Source: Gemmatimonadales bacterium (GTDB taxonomy: Bacteria; Gemmatimonadota; Gemmatimonadetes; Gemmatimonadales; GWC2-71-9). From it: a stretch of DNA of 64,000 nucleotides. The translations under genes and the position numbers were made by a program. The stretch lies in assembly GCA_036002045.1 (NCBI GenBank), contig DASYTT010000121.1, positions 95-64,094 on the forward strand, read 5' to 3'. The notes beneath the pieces are model-generated. The model was given only the letters and a program-made list of their open reading frames with translations, searched no databases and was not told the origin of the DNA. This document shows, one piece after another, positions 52,680-61,629 of the stretch. Every line of letters starts with the position of its first letter. The first letter of the stretch is position 1.

Positions 52680-53357
52680 ATGGGTGAGCTGGTACAATTT
52701 CCTGGCAATGGACATATCGCGGCCGGATACCTCGCGCTCCCGCCTTCCGGAGCGGGTCCCGGAGTGCTGGTGCTGCAGGAATGGTGGGGACTGGTCGATC
52801 ACATCAAGGAGGTGTGCGACCGCTTCGCGCGGGAGGGCTTCGTCGCTCTGGCGCCCGATCTCTACAATGGCGAGGTCACCAAGAGTCCGGATGAGGCGGG
52901 GAAGCTCTTCATGGCGCTGAACATCGCCAAGGCCGGTGCCGATTTGAGCGCGGCCGCCGGGGCGCTGCTGGCTCGCCCGGAGACCAGCTCGAAAAGGGTA
53001 GGAGTGGTGGGATTCTGCATGGGCGGCCAGTTGGCTCTCTACGCCGCCATTGAATACCCCGACCAGATTGGCGCGGCTGTCGACTTCTACGGCGTGCACC
53101 CCAAAGTCCGGATCGATCCGGCCAGGGTCGGCGTACCGGTACTAGCGCACTTCGCGAAGCGCGACAATTCCGTCAAGGAAGCGGACGCCCGGGTGCTGGT
53201 CGACCAGATCAAGACGGCGGGCGGCAGCATCGAAGCGCATTACTACGAGGCGGATCACGCTTTCTTCAACGACACCCGTCCGACGGTCCACGACAAGGCC
53301 TGCGCCGCCCTAGCGTGGCAGCGGACACTGGCCTTCCTGCGGAGGCAGCTCGCCTAG
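52680..53357 (+). CDS. Dienelactone hydrolase family protein
   Basis: Track ORF. GVLVLQEWWGL, nucleophile elbow VGFCMGG, DHAFFND. Confidence 0.85.
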   Translation: MGELVQFPGNGHIAAGYLALPPSGAGPGVLVLQEWWGLVDHIKEVCDRFAREGFVALAPDLYNGEVTKSPDEAGKLFMALNIAKAGADLSAAAGALLARPETSSKRVGVVGFCMGGQLALYAAIEYPDQIGAAVDFYGVHPKVRIDPARVGVPVLAHFAKRDNSVKEADARVLVDQIKTAGGSIEAHYYEADHAFFNDTRPTVHDKACAALAWQRTLAFLRRQLA

Positions 53358-53370
53358 AGCGGAACGCCGT

Positions 53371-55437
53371 TTAGAACCAGCGTCCCACCCGAACGAAGGC
53401 CGCCGCTTTTCCGTTCGTCGCCAGCCCATACTCGAACAGCATCGGCCCGAACGGAGTGCTGGCGCCGAGCCCTGCCCGCGCTCCGCCAAGCCAGTTGTTC
53501 CGCTCCAGCAACCCTCCGCCCTCGGCGGAGCGACCGGCCGCCAGGAGCAGCCGGACTGCCAGGGGACCCCGCACCACGAAGTTGCTCTGTAACTGAGCCA
53601 CCAGCTCACGATCGCCTCGCCGCTCTCCGATCGCGAGACCAGGAAAGCCGTTTTCGCCACCAAACTCGAAAGTGAGCTGGGGAGGAAGCCGACGACCTGC
53701 TCCGACCCGCACAGCGGGCGCGAGGCTGACCCGGCCGAACCGTACCAGGGTGCCCAGCTCGGCGAGCGCATAGCGGTACTTGCCGGTGTACACCACCTCG
53801 CCTTGCAGCTGGCCCGCGCGGTCCGGCTCCGTTCGAGCGGATAGGAACACGCCGACCGCCGAGCGACTTTCTCCTCCGGCAGAATCCCAGACCACGAATC
53901 CTCCGGTGCCGCGCAGCCGCCAAGCGCCTGCCCGCGCCCATTCGATCCCACCCTGTCCCGTGGCCTGTCGAACCGGAAGTCGCGTGAAATCCCGTTCAGT
54001 CCCGGTGAACCGGCGGATCTCCTCGGTGCGCAACTGGCCGGTGAGCAGCGGGGTGAGACTCATCCGACGAACGCCGAGGTGGGTCAACGCGCTGCCGGTG
54101 AGATCGCTGCGAAAGCGACCCAGCGTCAGGATCCCGCTCGTTTCCACCCCCGGAAGCAGCACGCGATCGAGCACACCAACCCAGAGCCGCCCCCCCAAGT
54201 CGTAATCGTAGGCCAGACCAAGCCCGGCCACGCGCGGCGCGGCACGAACGATCTGCGCCCGGAACATCAGGCTGTCCCCTTCGCCTCGCGGACCGAGCCA
54301 GAGCTCCCGGAAGGACTCGACTTGAGCGAGATCGCTGAGCTGCGCCGCGAGCGCATCGATCCGGAGCGGCGCTTCGCGCCGGAGCCCCAGAACCCGGCCC
54401 AACGTCGCGGCATCCCGCGCAGTGCCGTTCTCCACGGTCCAGCCGGCGAGGCGGGTTGGGAGGGGGGGAAGGGCCGGTACAGCCGGCCGCGGAAGACAGC
54501 TCGCCCTCCCCAGCAGCGAGTCGGCAGCCGCCCTTCCGTTGGCCAGCATCCGCCTGCGGGTTTTGCGGTCGAAACGCAGGTTGGACACTCCGCGGACATC
54601 GGGCGAGATGTAGATGTCATCCGGCCCAAGTGAATCCAGCGGCTGGGCGAAGAGAAAGCTGGCGAGCCGGCCCGCGACCGCATCCGGAGAAGCAAGCACC
54701 AGGCTGTCCACGAGCTCCCGGTCTTTCAGGTCCACCACGATGAAGCGCCTGGCCCCGGCGGCCCGCGCCGTCCGAATCGGCACATTCTCGGCTATCCCGC
54801 CATCGGTATAAATCTGATCCCCGATCCGCTCGGGAGAGAAGACCAGTGGCACGGCAAGGCTGGCCCGGACCGCCTGCGCCAGATCGCCCGCTTGCAATGC
54901 CACGGGTTGGCGATTGCGGAGGTTGGTGGCCACCGCCCGGAAGGGGATGCCGAGCCGATTGAAGTCGCCGCGTGCCTGCAGGTTTGCGCGCAGCAACAGA
55001 CGATTCAGCAGTGCGTTGGTCTCGAGCTCCCGGAGCGAACTGCTCGCCAGCGTGAAGCCGCGACTCCCTTGCTCCCACAGAACGGCTGCAGGAAGACCGC
55101 CCCATTGATGGGGGCCGTGACTGAGGCCGCTCGCGTTGTTGTTGTTGCTGTTGTTGTTGAAGGGATCCAGGCCCCGGGTCAGCGAATCGATCTCCCGGGC
55201 CGACCGCCCGCCGGCATAGAGCGCACCCACCAGCGCGCCGATGCTCGTACCGACCACCAGATCGGGCCGGATCCCCAGGCTGTCCAGCACCTGCAGCACA
55301 CCGATATGCGCATAACCCTTGGAGCCTCCGCCGGACAACACGAGCGCGAGCGGCCCAGGAGGACATTGTTGCGCGGGTGCGGACGGTGCGCAGAGCACCA
55401 GCAGGAACAGCAATCGCGCACCATGCCGCATGCGCAA
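53371..55437 (-). CDS. Patatin-like phospholipase fused to an Omp85-type beta-barrel (PlpD-like, type Vd secretion architecture)
   Basis: Track ORF with signal [24 protein letters not shown]. Patatin motifs [14 protein letters not shown] and GTSIG, and a DGG Asp context ([12 protein letters not shown]). C-terminal barrel ends in FVRVGRWF. Confidence 0.85.
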   Translation of the reverse strand: MRMRHGARLLFLLVLCAPSAPAQQCPPGPLALVLSGGGSKGYAHIGVLQVLDSLGIRPDLVVGTSIGALVGALYAGGRSAREIDSLTRGLDPFNNNSNNNNASGLSHGPHQWGGLPAAVLWEQGSRGFTLASSSLRELETNALLNRLLLRANLQARGDFNRLGIPFRAVATNLRNRQPVALQAGDLAQAVRASLAVPLVFSPERIGDQIYTDGGIAENVPIRTARAAGARRFIVVDLKDRELVDSLVLASPDAVAGRLASFLFAQPLDSLGPDDIYISPDVRGVSNLRFDRKTRRRMLANGRAAADSLLGRASCLPRPAVPALPPLPTRLAGWTVENGTARDAATLGRVLGLRREAPLRIDALAAQLSDLAQVESFRELWLGPRGEGDSLMFRAQIVRAAPRVAGLGLAYDYDLGGRLWVGVLDRVLLPGVETSGILTLGRFRSDLTGSALTHLGVRRMSLTPLLTGQLRTEEIRRFTGTERDFTRLPVRQATGQGGIEWARAGAWRLRGTGGFVVWDSAGGESRSAVGVFLSARTEPDRAGQLQGEVVYTGKYRYALAELGTLVRFGRVSLAPAVRVGAGRRLPPQLTFEFGGENGFPGLAIGERRGDRELVAQLQSNFVVRGPLAVRLLLAAGRSAEGGGLLERNNWLGGARAGLGASTPFGPMLFEYGLATNGKAAAFVRVGRWF
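55135..55158. repeat. Trinucleotide microsatellite (GTT)4 GCT (GTT)3, equal to (AAC)n on the coding strand
   Basis: Read directly. It encodes NNNSNNNN inside the patatin domain gene and is strikingly AT-rich for this genome. Confidence 0.9.
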
Positions 55438-55549
55438 AGTTAATCCCGGGCTCCCCTTGCGGAGCGCGGTCCGGCTCCTTAATTCTGTCCCGACGACCTT
55501 AACCTCGCCTGCGGACCGCCCGAACGATCATCCAGGGAGAGCGGATGGC

Positions 55550-55813
55550 ATGACGTACATCATCACTGAGGCATGTATCGGCGTGAAAGACAGAGCGTGC
55601 GTTGACGTCTGTCCCGTCGATTGCATTTACGAAGGGGAAGATCAGCTCTACATTCACCCGGACGAGTGCATTGATTGCGGCGCCTGTGAGCCGGAGTGCC
55701 CTGTAACGGCCATTTTCCCCGAAGAAGACGTTCCGGCCAACCTCGAAAGCTTCATCGCAAAGAACAAAGAAATCTTCAACTCGGATACGCCGCCCGGCAG
55801 GCCTCACAAGTAG
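55550..55813 (+). CDS. Ferredoxin (FdxA-like, 3Fe-4S/4Fe-4S type)
   Basis: Inner ATG of track ORF 55319..55813. [29 protein letters not shown]...[30 protein letters not shown] upstream. Confidence 0.9.
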   Translation: MTYIITEACIGVKDRACVDVCPVDCIYEGEDQLYIHPDECIDCGACEPECPVTAIFPEEDVPANLESFIAKNKEIFNSDTPPGRPHK

Positions 55814-55825
55814 GTGAGACGACCC

Positions 55826-55850
55826 GCGGGACGGGTCTACTACCCGTCCC
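55826..55850 (+). terminator. Hairpin after the ferredoxin gene (convergent gene junction)
   Basis: CGGGACGGGT (55826-55835), loop CTACT, then ACCCGTCCCG (55841-55850). This is a 10-bp perfect stem. Confidence 0.45.
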
Positions 55851-55967
55851 GGGGCCGCACAAAGGGAGAACTGCATGAGGCTTGGCGGTGATGCGATATG
55901 GAGCATCGAATCGGTCCCGCCATTCTATTAGACGCACGAAACCCCCAGGACGTTTCATCCGCCCTTT

Positions 55968-56531
55968 TCAGTCCCGCCCGACCCCCAGCGAATCCGCCAC
56001 CCGGTTGATGTAATTGAACCAGGATGCGATGAGGGTGATCTGCAGGATGCCGCGATCGTCGAAGCCTACCGCACGGAGCTTGGCGTGATCATCGCGTGAG
56101 ATCCGGGTGGCGTCCCGGGTGAGCTGCACGACGTAATCCAGCATCACCCGGTCCTGCTCGTTGATCGGGGCGGATCGGTGATCCTCCCGCAGGGCCTCGA
56201 CCAGCTTCTCGTCCAGGGTGACTCGACGCAGAAACTCTGCGTGCGAAGTAATTCAATAGCGGCACCGATTGGTGACCGATACCACCGTGGTGATCATCTC
56301 ATGTTGCGCCCGCGTCAGCGGGAGATCCGGCGAGAGCAGGGCTCCGAAGGTCGCGAAGGCGTGCTGCAGCGCGGCAGGGATGAGGCTGTGCGAGGCCACG
56401 ATTCCCGAGGTGCCGTCGGTTGTAGGATGCACCGGCTCGGCATACTCGGCCGGATAGAGCGCCCGCTGGGCCTCGATCGCCCGACGAACCGCAGCATCCG
56501 TCTCAGCCGGTACTGTGCGGATCCAGGTCAT
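55968..56531 (-). CDS. AhpD-like / carboxymuconolactone decarboxylase-family peroxidase-related protein with in-frame TGA (candidate selenoprotein, otherwise a pseudogene)
   Basis: Track ORF 56253..56531 ends ...[12 protein letters not shown]. The same frame continues open for 94 codons ([10 protein letters not shown]...[12 protein letters not shown]) to the TGA at 55968-55970. The total of 564 nt is in frame. The active-site pattern NxCxYCxxSH reads NRCRY[TGA]ITSH. Confidence 0.65.
56223..56246 (-). promoter_or_regulatory. SECIS-like stem-loop downstream of the in-frame UGA
   Basis: On the minus strand: UCG(C)ACGCAG-AGUUU-CUGCGUCGA. It has 9 bp with one bulged C and a 5-nt loop containing GU. 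The stem begins 6 nt and the loop 16 nt after the UGA. Confidence 0.5.
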
Positions 56532-57805
56532 TCAGCCCTCCTTGGAAGACCCCGTCGGAAGACCAGGTGGTAGACCGGCCAGCCCAGCCCCACGACTGCA
56601 GTGCCCAGCAGCGCCTGGCTGGGACTGTTGCGAACGAAAAGGAAGAGTAACCAGACGGAAAAGCTCAGGAAGACGATCGGAATGGCCGGCGAAATTTGCC
56701 AGAAGTCCCCGGAATCCGTTCTTGCCGGCAGGCGGAATACCGCCGCGGCCGTGAGAGCCACGAACAAGACGGTGGCAAAGAGGAAGTAGCCCACGATCTG
56801 GTCGAAGCTGCCGAGCGCAACCAGGAGGATGGCCAGCGCGGCCTGGACCAGGATCGCGCCGACGGGAGTCCCGAAGCGCGGATGGAGTGCCCCGGCGGCC
56901 TTGAGGAAGATTCCGTCGCGAGCCATCGCGTAGTACACCCGCGGAGCAGCGATCATGTAGCTGGTCAGGCTGCTCAGCACTCCGATGCAGACAACTGCGG
57001 CGAAGACGGTCCCGCCGATCCGTCCGAACAGCGCCTCGCCGGCCTGGGCCGCGAAGGCCTCTCCCGAGGTGACCCGTTCGAGCGGGACGAGATAGAGGAA
57101 CGCAGTCGTCGTGAGGATATACACCGCCGTGACGATCGTGACGCCCAGAATGAGTGCACGGGGCACCGTGCGCCGCGGATCGCGGGTTTCCCCGGCTACC
57201 TTGCTGGCGTCCCACCAGCCGCCAAACGAAAAGAAGGCGGAGACCAGTCCGATCGCGAGCGCAGCGCCCAGAGGTGCCGACCCTGGCCGCTGGGCCACGA
57301 AGGGGACGAAGTGCGACCAGTCGCCCAGACCGCGCGCAAAGCCCCACAGAATCAGGAAGCCGAGCAGCCCGAGCTTGAGGAAGGTGAGCCAACGGGTAAT
57401 CCCCGCGCCGAGCCGCACGCCGATGATGTTGGCACCCGCAACCAGGACGATGGCCGACATCGCGAGGAGCTTCTGCGCGATCGGAGCGAGCTCAACCATA
57501 TAGGCCGCGTAGCTGGCCACGCCCACCGCGAGCGCGGCCGTCAAGCCGGGATCCAGCACGAAAAGACATTTCCAGCCGTAGAGGAAAGCCAGTCCGCGAC
57601 CCCAGCCCTCCCTGAGATAGACGTAGCCCCCACCCGCCTCGGGAAAGCGTGCCGCCAGGGCGCCGTAGCTGAGGGCGCCCGTGAGCGCCATCACGCCCAT
57701 CGCCAGCCACACCACCAGCAGCCAGAAGGGCGAGCCGAGCGCGCGCGCCATCTGGGCGGGCGTGAGAAAAATCCCGACGCCGATGACCTCGCCAACCACC
57801 AGCAT
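56528..57805 (-). CDS. APC-family amino acid permease (start probably upstream of the annotated ATG)
   Basis: Track ORF. VVGEVIGVGIFLTP, GGGYVYL, 12-TM pattern. The in-frame upstream sequence ELRRQLGLASVT also looks like genuine permease N-terminus. Confidence 0.85.
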   Translation of the reverse strand: MLVVGEVIGVGIFLTPAQMARALGSPFWLLVVWLAMGVMALTGALSYGALAARFPEAGGGYVYLREGWGRGLAFLYGWKCLFVLDPGLTAALAVGVASYAAYMVELAPIAQKLLAMSAIVLVAGANIIGVRLGAGITRWLTFLKLGLLGFLILWGFARGLGDWSHFVPFVAQRPGSAPLGAALAIGLVSAFFSFGGWWDASKVAGETRDPRRTVPRALILGVTIVTAVYILTTTAFLYLVPLERVTSGEAFAAQAGEALFGRIGGTVFAAVVCIGVLSSLTSYMIAAPRVYYAMARDGIFLKAAGALHPRFGTPVGAILVQAALAILLVALGSFDQIVGYFLFATVLFVALTAAAVFRLPARTDSGDFWQISPAIPIVFLSFSVWLLFLFVRNSPSQALLGTAVVGLGWPVYHLVFRRGLPRRAE

Positions 57806-57867
57806 GGTAACGGACGCGAGGCCGAGCTGGCGGCGAAGCTCTCCCGACGACGTTGGAGTCAGATGGG

Positions 57868-59106
57868 CTATCCGACGGTCTGCAGAAATTTCAGAATGGC
57901 CCGGGTGGTTGGAACGGGCTGCTCCACACAGGGCAAATGCCCCGCGCCCGGAATCTCCATCAAACGGGCCCCTGGAATCGCCGTCGCCATGGCCTGTGCG
58001 ATCGGCGGCGGGGTGATCATGTCTTCCGCGCCGACCAGCACGAGCGTGGGGATCCCGGTGAGGGTCTCGAGCAGTGCCGTGCTGTCGGGCCGCTCGCGCA
58101 TCGCGGAAAGCGCCCCCACGATGCCGGAGACCGGCGTTCGCAGGATCATGGTGCGGATCCGCTCGATGATCTCCGGCGAGACCTGCGGCGTGAAGAAACG
58201 CGGAAGCATCGCTTCCGCCGCAGCCAGGGCCCCCTGTTCGCGCACCCGCCCGATCAGCGCATCGCGGGCGCGGCGTCCTTCGGCGCTATCGGCCTCGGCG
58301 CGCGTGTCCATGAGGATCAGTCCGCGGACACGTTCCCGCCAGCGCCGCAACAGCTCGAACGCGACGTAGCCACCCAGGGAAAGGCCGCACAGCACCACCT
58401 GGCCCTCGCCGATCACGTCGAGAATTCCCACCAGATCTTCGGCATAGGTGCTCATCGAATAGCCGAGGTCGGGTGCGTCGGATTGCCCCATGCCCCGGAG
58501 ATCGGGAGCGATCCGGCGGTATCCGGTCAGGCTGTCGAGCTGATGCTGCCAGACCGTGCGATCGAGGGGAAAACCGTGCACGAAGAGTATGGCGGGTCCC
58601 GTGCCGCGCTGCTCCACGGCGAGCCGCACGCCGTTGACCGAGAGCCGATCCGCGGGCTCGGAGCTCGGCCGCGCCTGAAAGTGCTCGCCCACTTCCTCGG
58701 GCACCGGAACCGGCCGGCCTTCCCGGTTGATGCAGACGAACACGAACTCGGCGGTGGCGACGAGTGCGCCGTCACTGGCTCGGCGCGCAGTCTGCCGCAT
58801 GGTGAAGCTGGTGCGCCCGTGGTGGACCAGGGCCTGATGCACGCGAAGAACATCGCCGGGAAAGGCGGGGGCCAGATAATCGATCACCGTCTTTCGCACC
58901 GCGGGCCAGGCATCATGACGCACGAAAACGTCCATCCCCGGCCCGCGACCCAGCACATCCCAGCGCGCCCTCTCGAACACCCGCAGGAATGCGGCCTGAT
59001 TGAGGTGGCCGAACGCGTCGCAATCGTCGGGATAAACGACTTGTTCGACCTCAGCGAGGCTCATTGGGCGGCTCCGGAGGAGGCCGAAAAGTACGCCGGG
59101 TCGCAC
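57868..59106 (-). CDS. Fusion protein: hotdog-fold acyl-CoA thioesterase (YbgC/4HBT-like) + alpha/beta hydrolase
   Basis: Track ORF (ATG 59064 also possible). N-domain VYPDDCDAFGHLNQAAFLRVFE...GRTSFTM. C-domain ILFVHGFPLD...GLSLGGYVAFE...GAGHLP. Confidence 0.8.
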   Translation of the reverse strand: MRPGVLFGLLRSRPMSLAEVEQVVYPDDCDAFGHLNQAAFLRVFERARWDVLGRGPGMDVFVRHDAWPAVRKTVIDYLAPAFPGDVLRVHQALVHHGRTSFTMRQTARRASDGALVATAEFVFVCINREGRPVPVPEEVGEHFQARPSSEPADRLSVNGVRLAVEQRGTGPAILFVHGFPLDRTVWQHQLDSLTGYRRIAPDLRGMGQSDAPDLGYSMSTYAEDLVGILDVIGEGQVVLCGLSLGGYVAFELLRRWRERVRGLILMDTRAEADSAEGRRARDALIGRVREQGALAAAEAMLPRFFTPQVSPEIIERIRTMILRTPVSGIVGALSAMRERPDSTALLETLTGIPTLVLVGAEDMITPPPIAQAMATAIPGARLMEIPGAGHLPCVEQPVPTTRAILKFLQTVG

Positions 59107-59138
59107 CGGGCTCGCTACTATTCGAAGTCTCCATCCGC

Positions 59139-60275
59139 GTGGTGCACTGCGTCGTGCTGCAACTGATCGAGGAGCCGGACGCTTTCACCGAGTTGCTCGA
59201 TCGCCTGCGGGTCGAGTTGCTGATTGCGGTGGATACCGAAGCGGCCAGCTTCCATCGCCACCGGGACCGGGTCTATCTCCTGCAGCTCTCCAGCCGGACG
59301 GAGACCTGGCTGGTGGACCCACTCGCCGTCAGCGGACTCCCGGGATTCGGCGCACTGCTGGCAGATCCGGGGATCGAGTTCATCTTTCACGATGCCGATT
59401 ACGACCTGCGGCTGCTGGGCCACGAGTTTGGCTTTCGCGCCGCGCGGCTCTTCGATACCCGAGTCGCAGCCCAGTTCCTCAACGAGCCGGGCATCGGACT
59501 GGCGGCGCTCCTGGAGAAGTATTTCGGCGTCCGCCTCGACAAGCAGTTTCAACGGGCCGATTGGTCGCTCCGACCGCTGACGCAGCCAATGCTCCGCTAC
59601 GCTGCTACGGATACCCAGCATCTGCCCGCGCTACGCGACCTGCTGCGGCAGCGCTTGCTCGATTGCGGACGCTTGAGCTGGGTCGAGGAAGAGTGCGAGC
59701 TGCTCACCCTGGTGCGTTGGCCGGAGCCGGAGGCCCCCGAAACCCAAGCCCTGAGCGTGAAAGGGGCGCGCGCGCTCACGCCGAGAGCGCTGGCGATCTT
59801 CCGGGAACTCTACGTCTGGAGAGCAGCGACCGCAGAGGCGCTGGACCGCGCCGCCTTCCGGATCCTGGGCAACGAGGCGATGTTCGCTCTTGCCGAGCAC
59901 CCACCCCGAGACCTTGCACGTCTCGCCCAGATCCGTGGAATCGGCCGGGACACGGTGGAGCGCCGCGGCCGAGAGATTCTGGAAGCCGTTCGGCGCGGAC
60001 TGGGAATTCCCGAGGCCGAACTTCCACGCTATGCTCGTCCGCCCCGGTACCGTCCGGATCCCGCCTTTGAACGCAGATTGGAGCAACTCAAAAGCCTACG
60101 GACAGAGCTCGCCACCAAGTTCGAGCTGGCTCCCGGAGTACTCTGTCCAAACTGGCTCCTGGAAGCGATCGCCCGTGCCGCCCCTAAAGATTTGGAAGCG
60201 CTCGCGCAGGTCGCAGGCATTCGGCACTGGCAACTCCATGAACTCGGTAATGAGTTGCTTCAGCAACTACGCTAG
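59139..60275 (+). CDS. rnd: Ribonuclease D
   Basis: Track ORF 59064..60275 trimmed to the first in-frame GTG (59139; 59142 or 59154 also possible). DEDD exonuclease blocks IAVDTEAAS, FHDADYDL and YAATDTQHL, plus an HRDC-like C-terminus. Confidence 0.85.
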   Translation: MVHCVVLQLIEEPDAFTELLDRLRVELLIAVDTEAASFHRHRDRVYLLQLSSRTETWLVDPLAVSGLPGFGALLADPGIEFIFHDADYDLRLLGHEFGFRAARLFDTRVAAQFLNEPGIGLAALLEKYFGVRLDKQFQRADWSLRPLTQPMLRYAATDTQHLPALRDLLRQRLLDCGRLSWVEEECELLTLVRWPEPEAPETQALSVKGARALTPRALAIFRELYVWRAATAEALDRAAFRILGNEAMFALAEHPPRDLARLAQIRGIGRDTVERRGREILEAVRRGLGIPEAELPRYARPPRYRPDPAFERRLEQLKSLRTELATKFELAPGVLCPNWLLEAIARAAPKDLEALAQVAGIRHWQLHELGNELLQQLR

Positions 60276-60398
60276 AATTGTCTTTCCTGGAGCCGAACCT
60301 AAGCCGAGCCCGCGGGCAAACCCAACCAGTTTGAGCTTCTCCGCGTCATACGTGATGCAGTGGCAGGCCACTCCGCATGCGGCCGCAAGGAACGGTGT

Positions 60399-60932
60399 GT
60401 GGACGATTCCGAGCTGATCGCCGGTGCTCGTGCCGGAGACCGGATGGCAGCGCGCCGCCTCTACGATCGGCATGCCCCGCGCGTGTATCGACTGATTTAT
60501 CGGTCGGTTGGCGATGAGGAGCTCGCCCGCGAGTACACGCAGGACACCTTCGTGAAGGTGTTTCAGCGACTGGAGCAATATCGCGGCGAGTCCGCCTTTT
60601 CGACCTGGTTGCACTCGGTGGCGATGTCGATGCTGTTCACGGGGCTGCGGCGATTGCGACGGGTGCGGGCGCGGGAGTTCGAGCTGGCGGCGGCCGAGAG
60701 CGTGGCGAGCGGAGAAAGTCAGGGTGATCCGCATCTGCGGGATCGCCTGCAGAGTGAGCTGGAGCGGCTTCCGCCGAGGCTTCGCATGCCGGTGGTGCTG
60801 CACGACATGGAAGGATTCACCCATCGGGAGATCAGCCAGATGCTGGACATCCCGGAGGGGACCAGCAAAGCCCGCTTGGCGGAGGCACGGGCCCGGTTGC
60901 GCGAAGCGCTCGCGGGAATCGTGGCCGAGTAG
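60399..60932 (+). CDS. ECF-type RNA polymerase sigma-70 factor
   Basis: Track ORF 60360..60932 trimmed to GTG 60399 (AAGGAA RBS upstream). Region 2 is LYDRHAPRVYRLIYRSVG...QDTFVKVF. Region 4 is VVLHDMEGFTHREISQMLDIPEGTSKARL. Confidence 0.85.
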   Translation: MDDSELIAGARAGDRMAARRLYDRHAPRVYRLIYRSVGDEELAREYTQDTFVKVFQRLEQYRGESAFSTWLHSVAMSMLFTGLRRLRRVRAREFELAAAESVASGESQGDPHLRDRLQSELERLPPRLRMPVVLHDMEGFTHREISQMLDIPEGTSKARLAEARARLREALAGIVAE

Positions 60933-60958
60933 GCAAGCGACGGGAAGGAAAGGCCGTA

Positions 60959-61612
60959 ATGGACGACAACGAATTGGAACGCAGACTGGTCGAGCTGAAG
61001 GAAACCTGGCGGGTTCCCCGGGATCCTCCGCTCGAGGAGATCTGGCAGACCGTCGAGGCCCGCGCATTTCCGCTGGGTACTCGACGGCAACCCTGGCGAT
61101 GGACGCGAACGCTGCTTCCCCTCGCGGCGATGTTGCTGCTCGGATTCGGGATCGGCCAGCTGACTCCGGCGGTCCTGCGCCAGCAGGTGACCGCGACCCC
61201 GGTAGGGGCCGTGAGGACGACAGGCTCGACTCCCGTAAGTGAAGCGTCGGCGCGATCGAGTAGTGACGCAGCGCCGTTCGTCGGGATCGCGACGGATTAC
61301 CTCGAACGGGTGACCGCGTTGCTGGTGACGCTGGCGGATGCTAACCGCGCCGGCAAACCGTTGGGGAACTCCGCCGGGCAGGCGCGTGATCTCCTCGCCA
61401 CTACCCGGCTCTTGCTGGATTCGCCCCAAGCCAGTGATCCCCATCTCCAGGCACTGCTCAACGATCTCGAGCTGGTGCTGGCTCAAATCGCCCGGCTGCC
61501 GCAGCGCGCGGCACAACCGGACGTGTACCTCATCGACGAGACTCTCGATCAGCGGGAAGTGCTCCCGCGCCTCCGCGAGCTGCTCGCGGAGAATACCGCC
61601 TCCCAGCCGTGA
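60959..61612 (+). CDS. Putative anti-sigma factor (single-pass membrane protein)
   Basis: Track ORF immediately downstream of the ECF sigma gene. One TM helix (LLPLAAMLLLGFGIG). No family recognised, so the call rests on position. Confidence 0.5.
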   Translation: MDDNELERRLVELKETWRVPRDPPLEEIWQTVEARAFPLGTRRQPWRWTRTLLPLAAMLLLGFGIGQLTPAVLRQQVTATPVGAVRTTGSTPVSEASARSSSDAAPFVGIATDYLERVTALLVTLADANRAGKPLGNSAGQARDLLATTRLLLDSPQASDPHLQALLNDLELVLAQIARLPQRAAQPDVYLIDETLDQREVLPRLRELLAENTASQP

Positions 61613-61629
61613 TCGGCGGAGAGACCGCA

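Noticed and set aside
60267-61067. 266-aa minus-strand ORF covering the ECF sigma factor locus.
   Set aside because: It is antisense to a sigma-70 ECF gene with clear region 2 and region 4 motifs, and its translation is Arg/Pro-rich nonsense.
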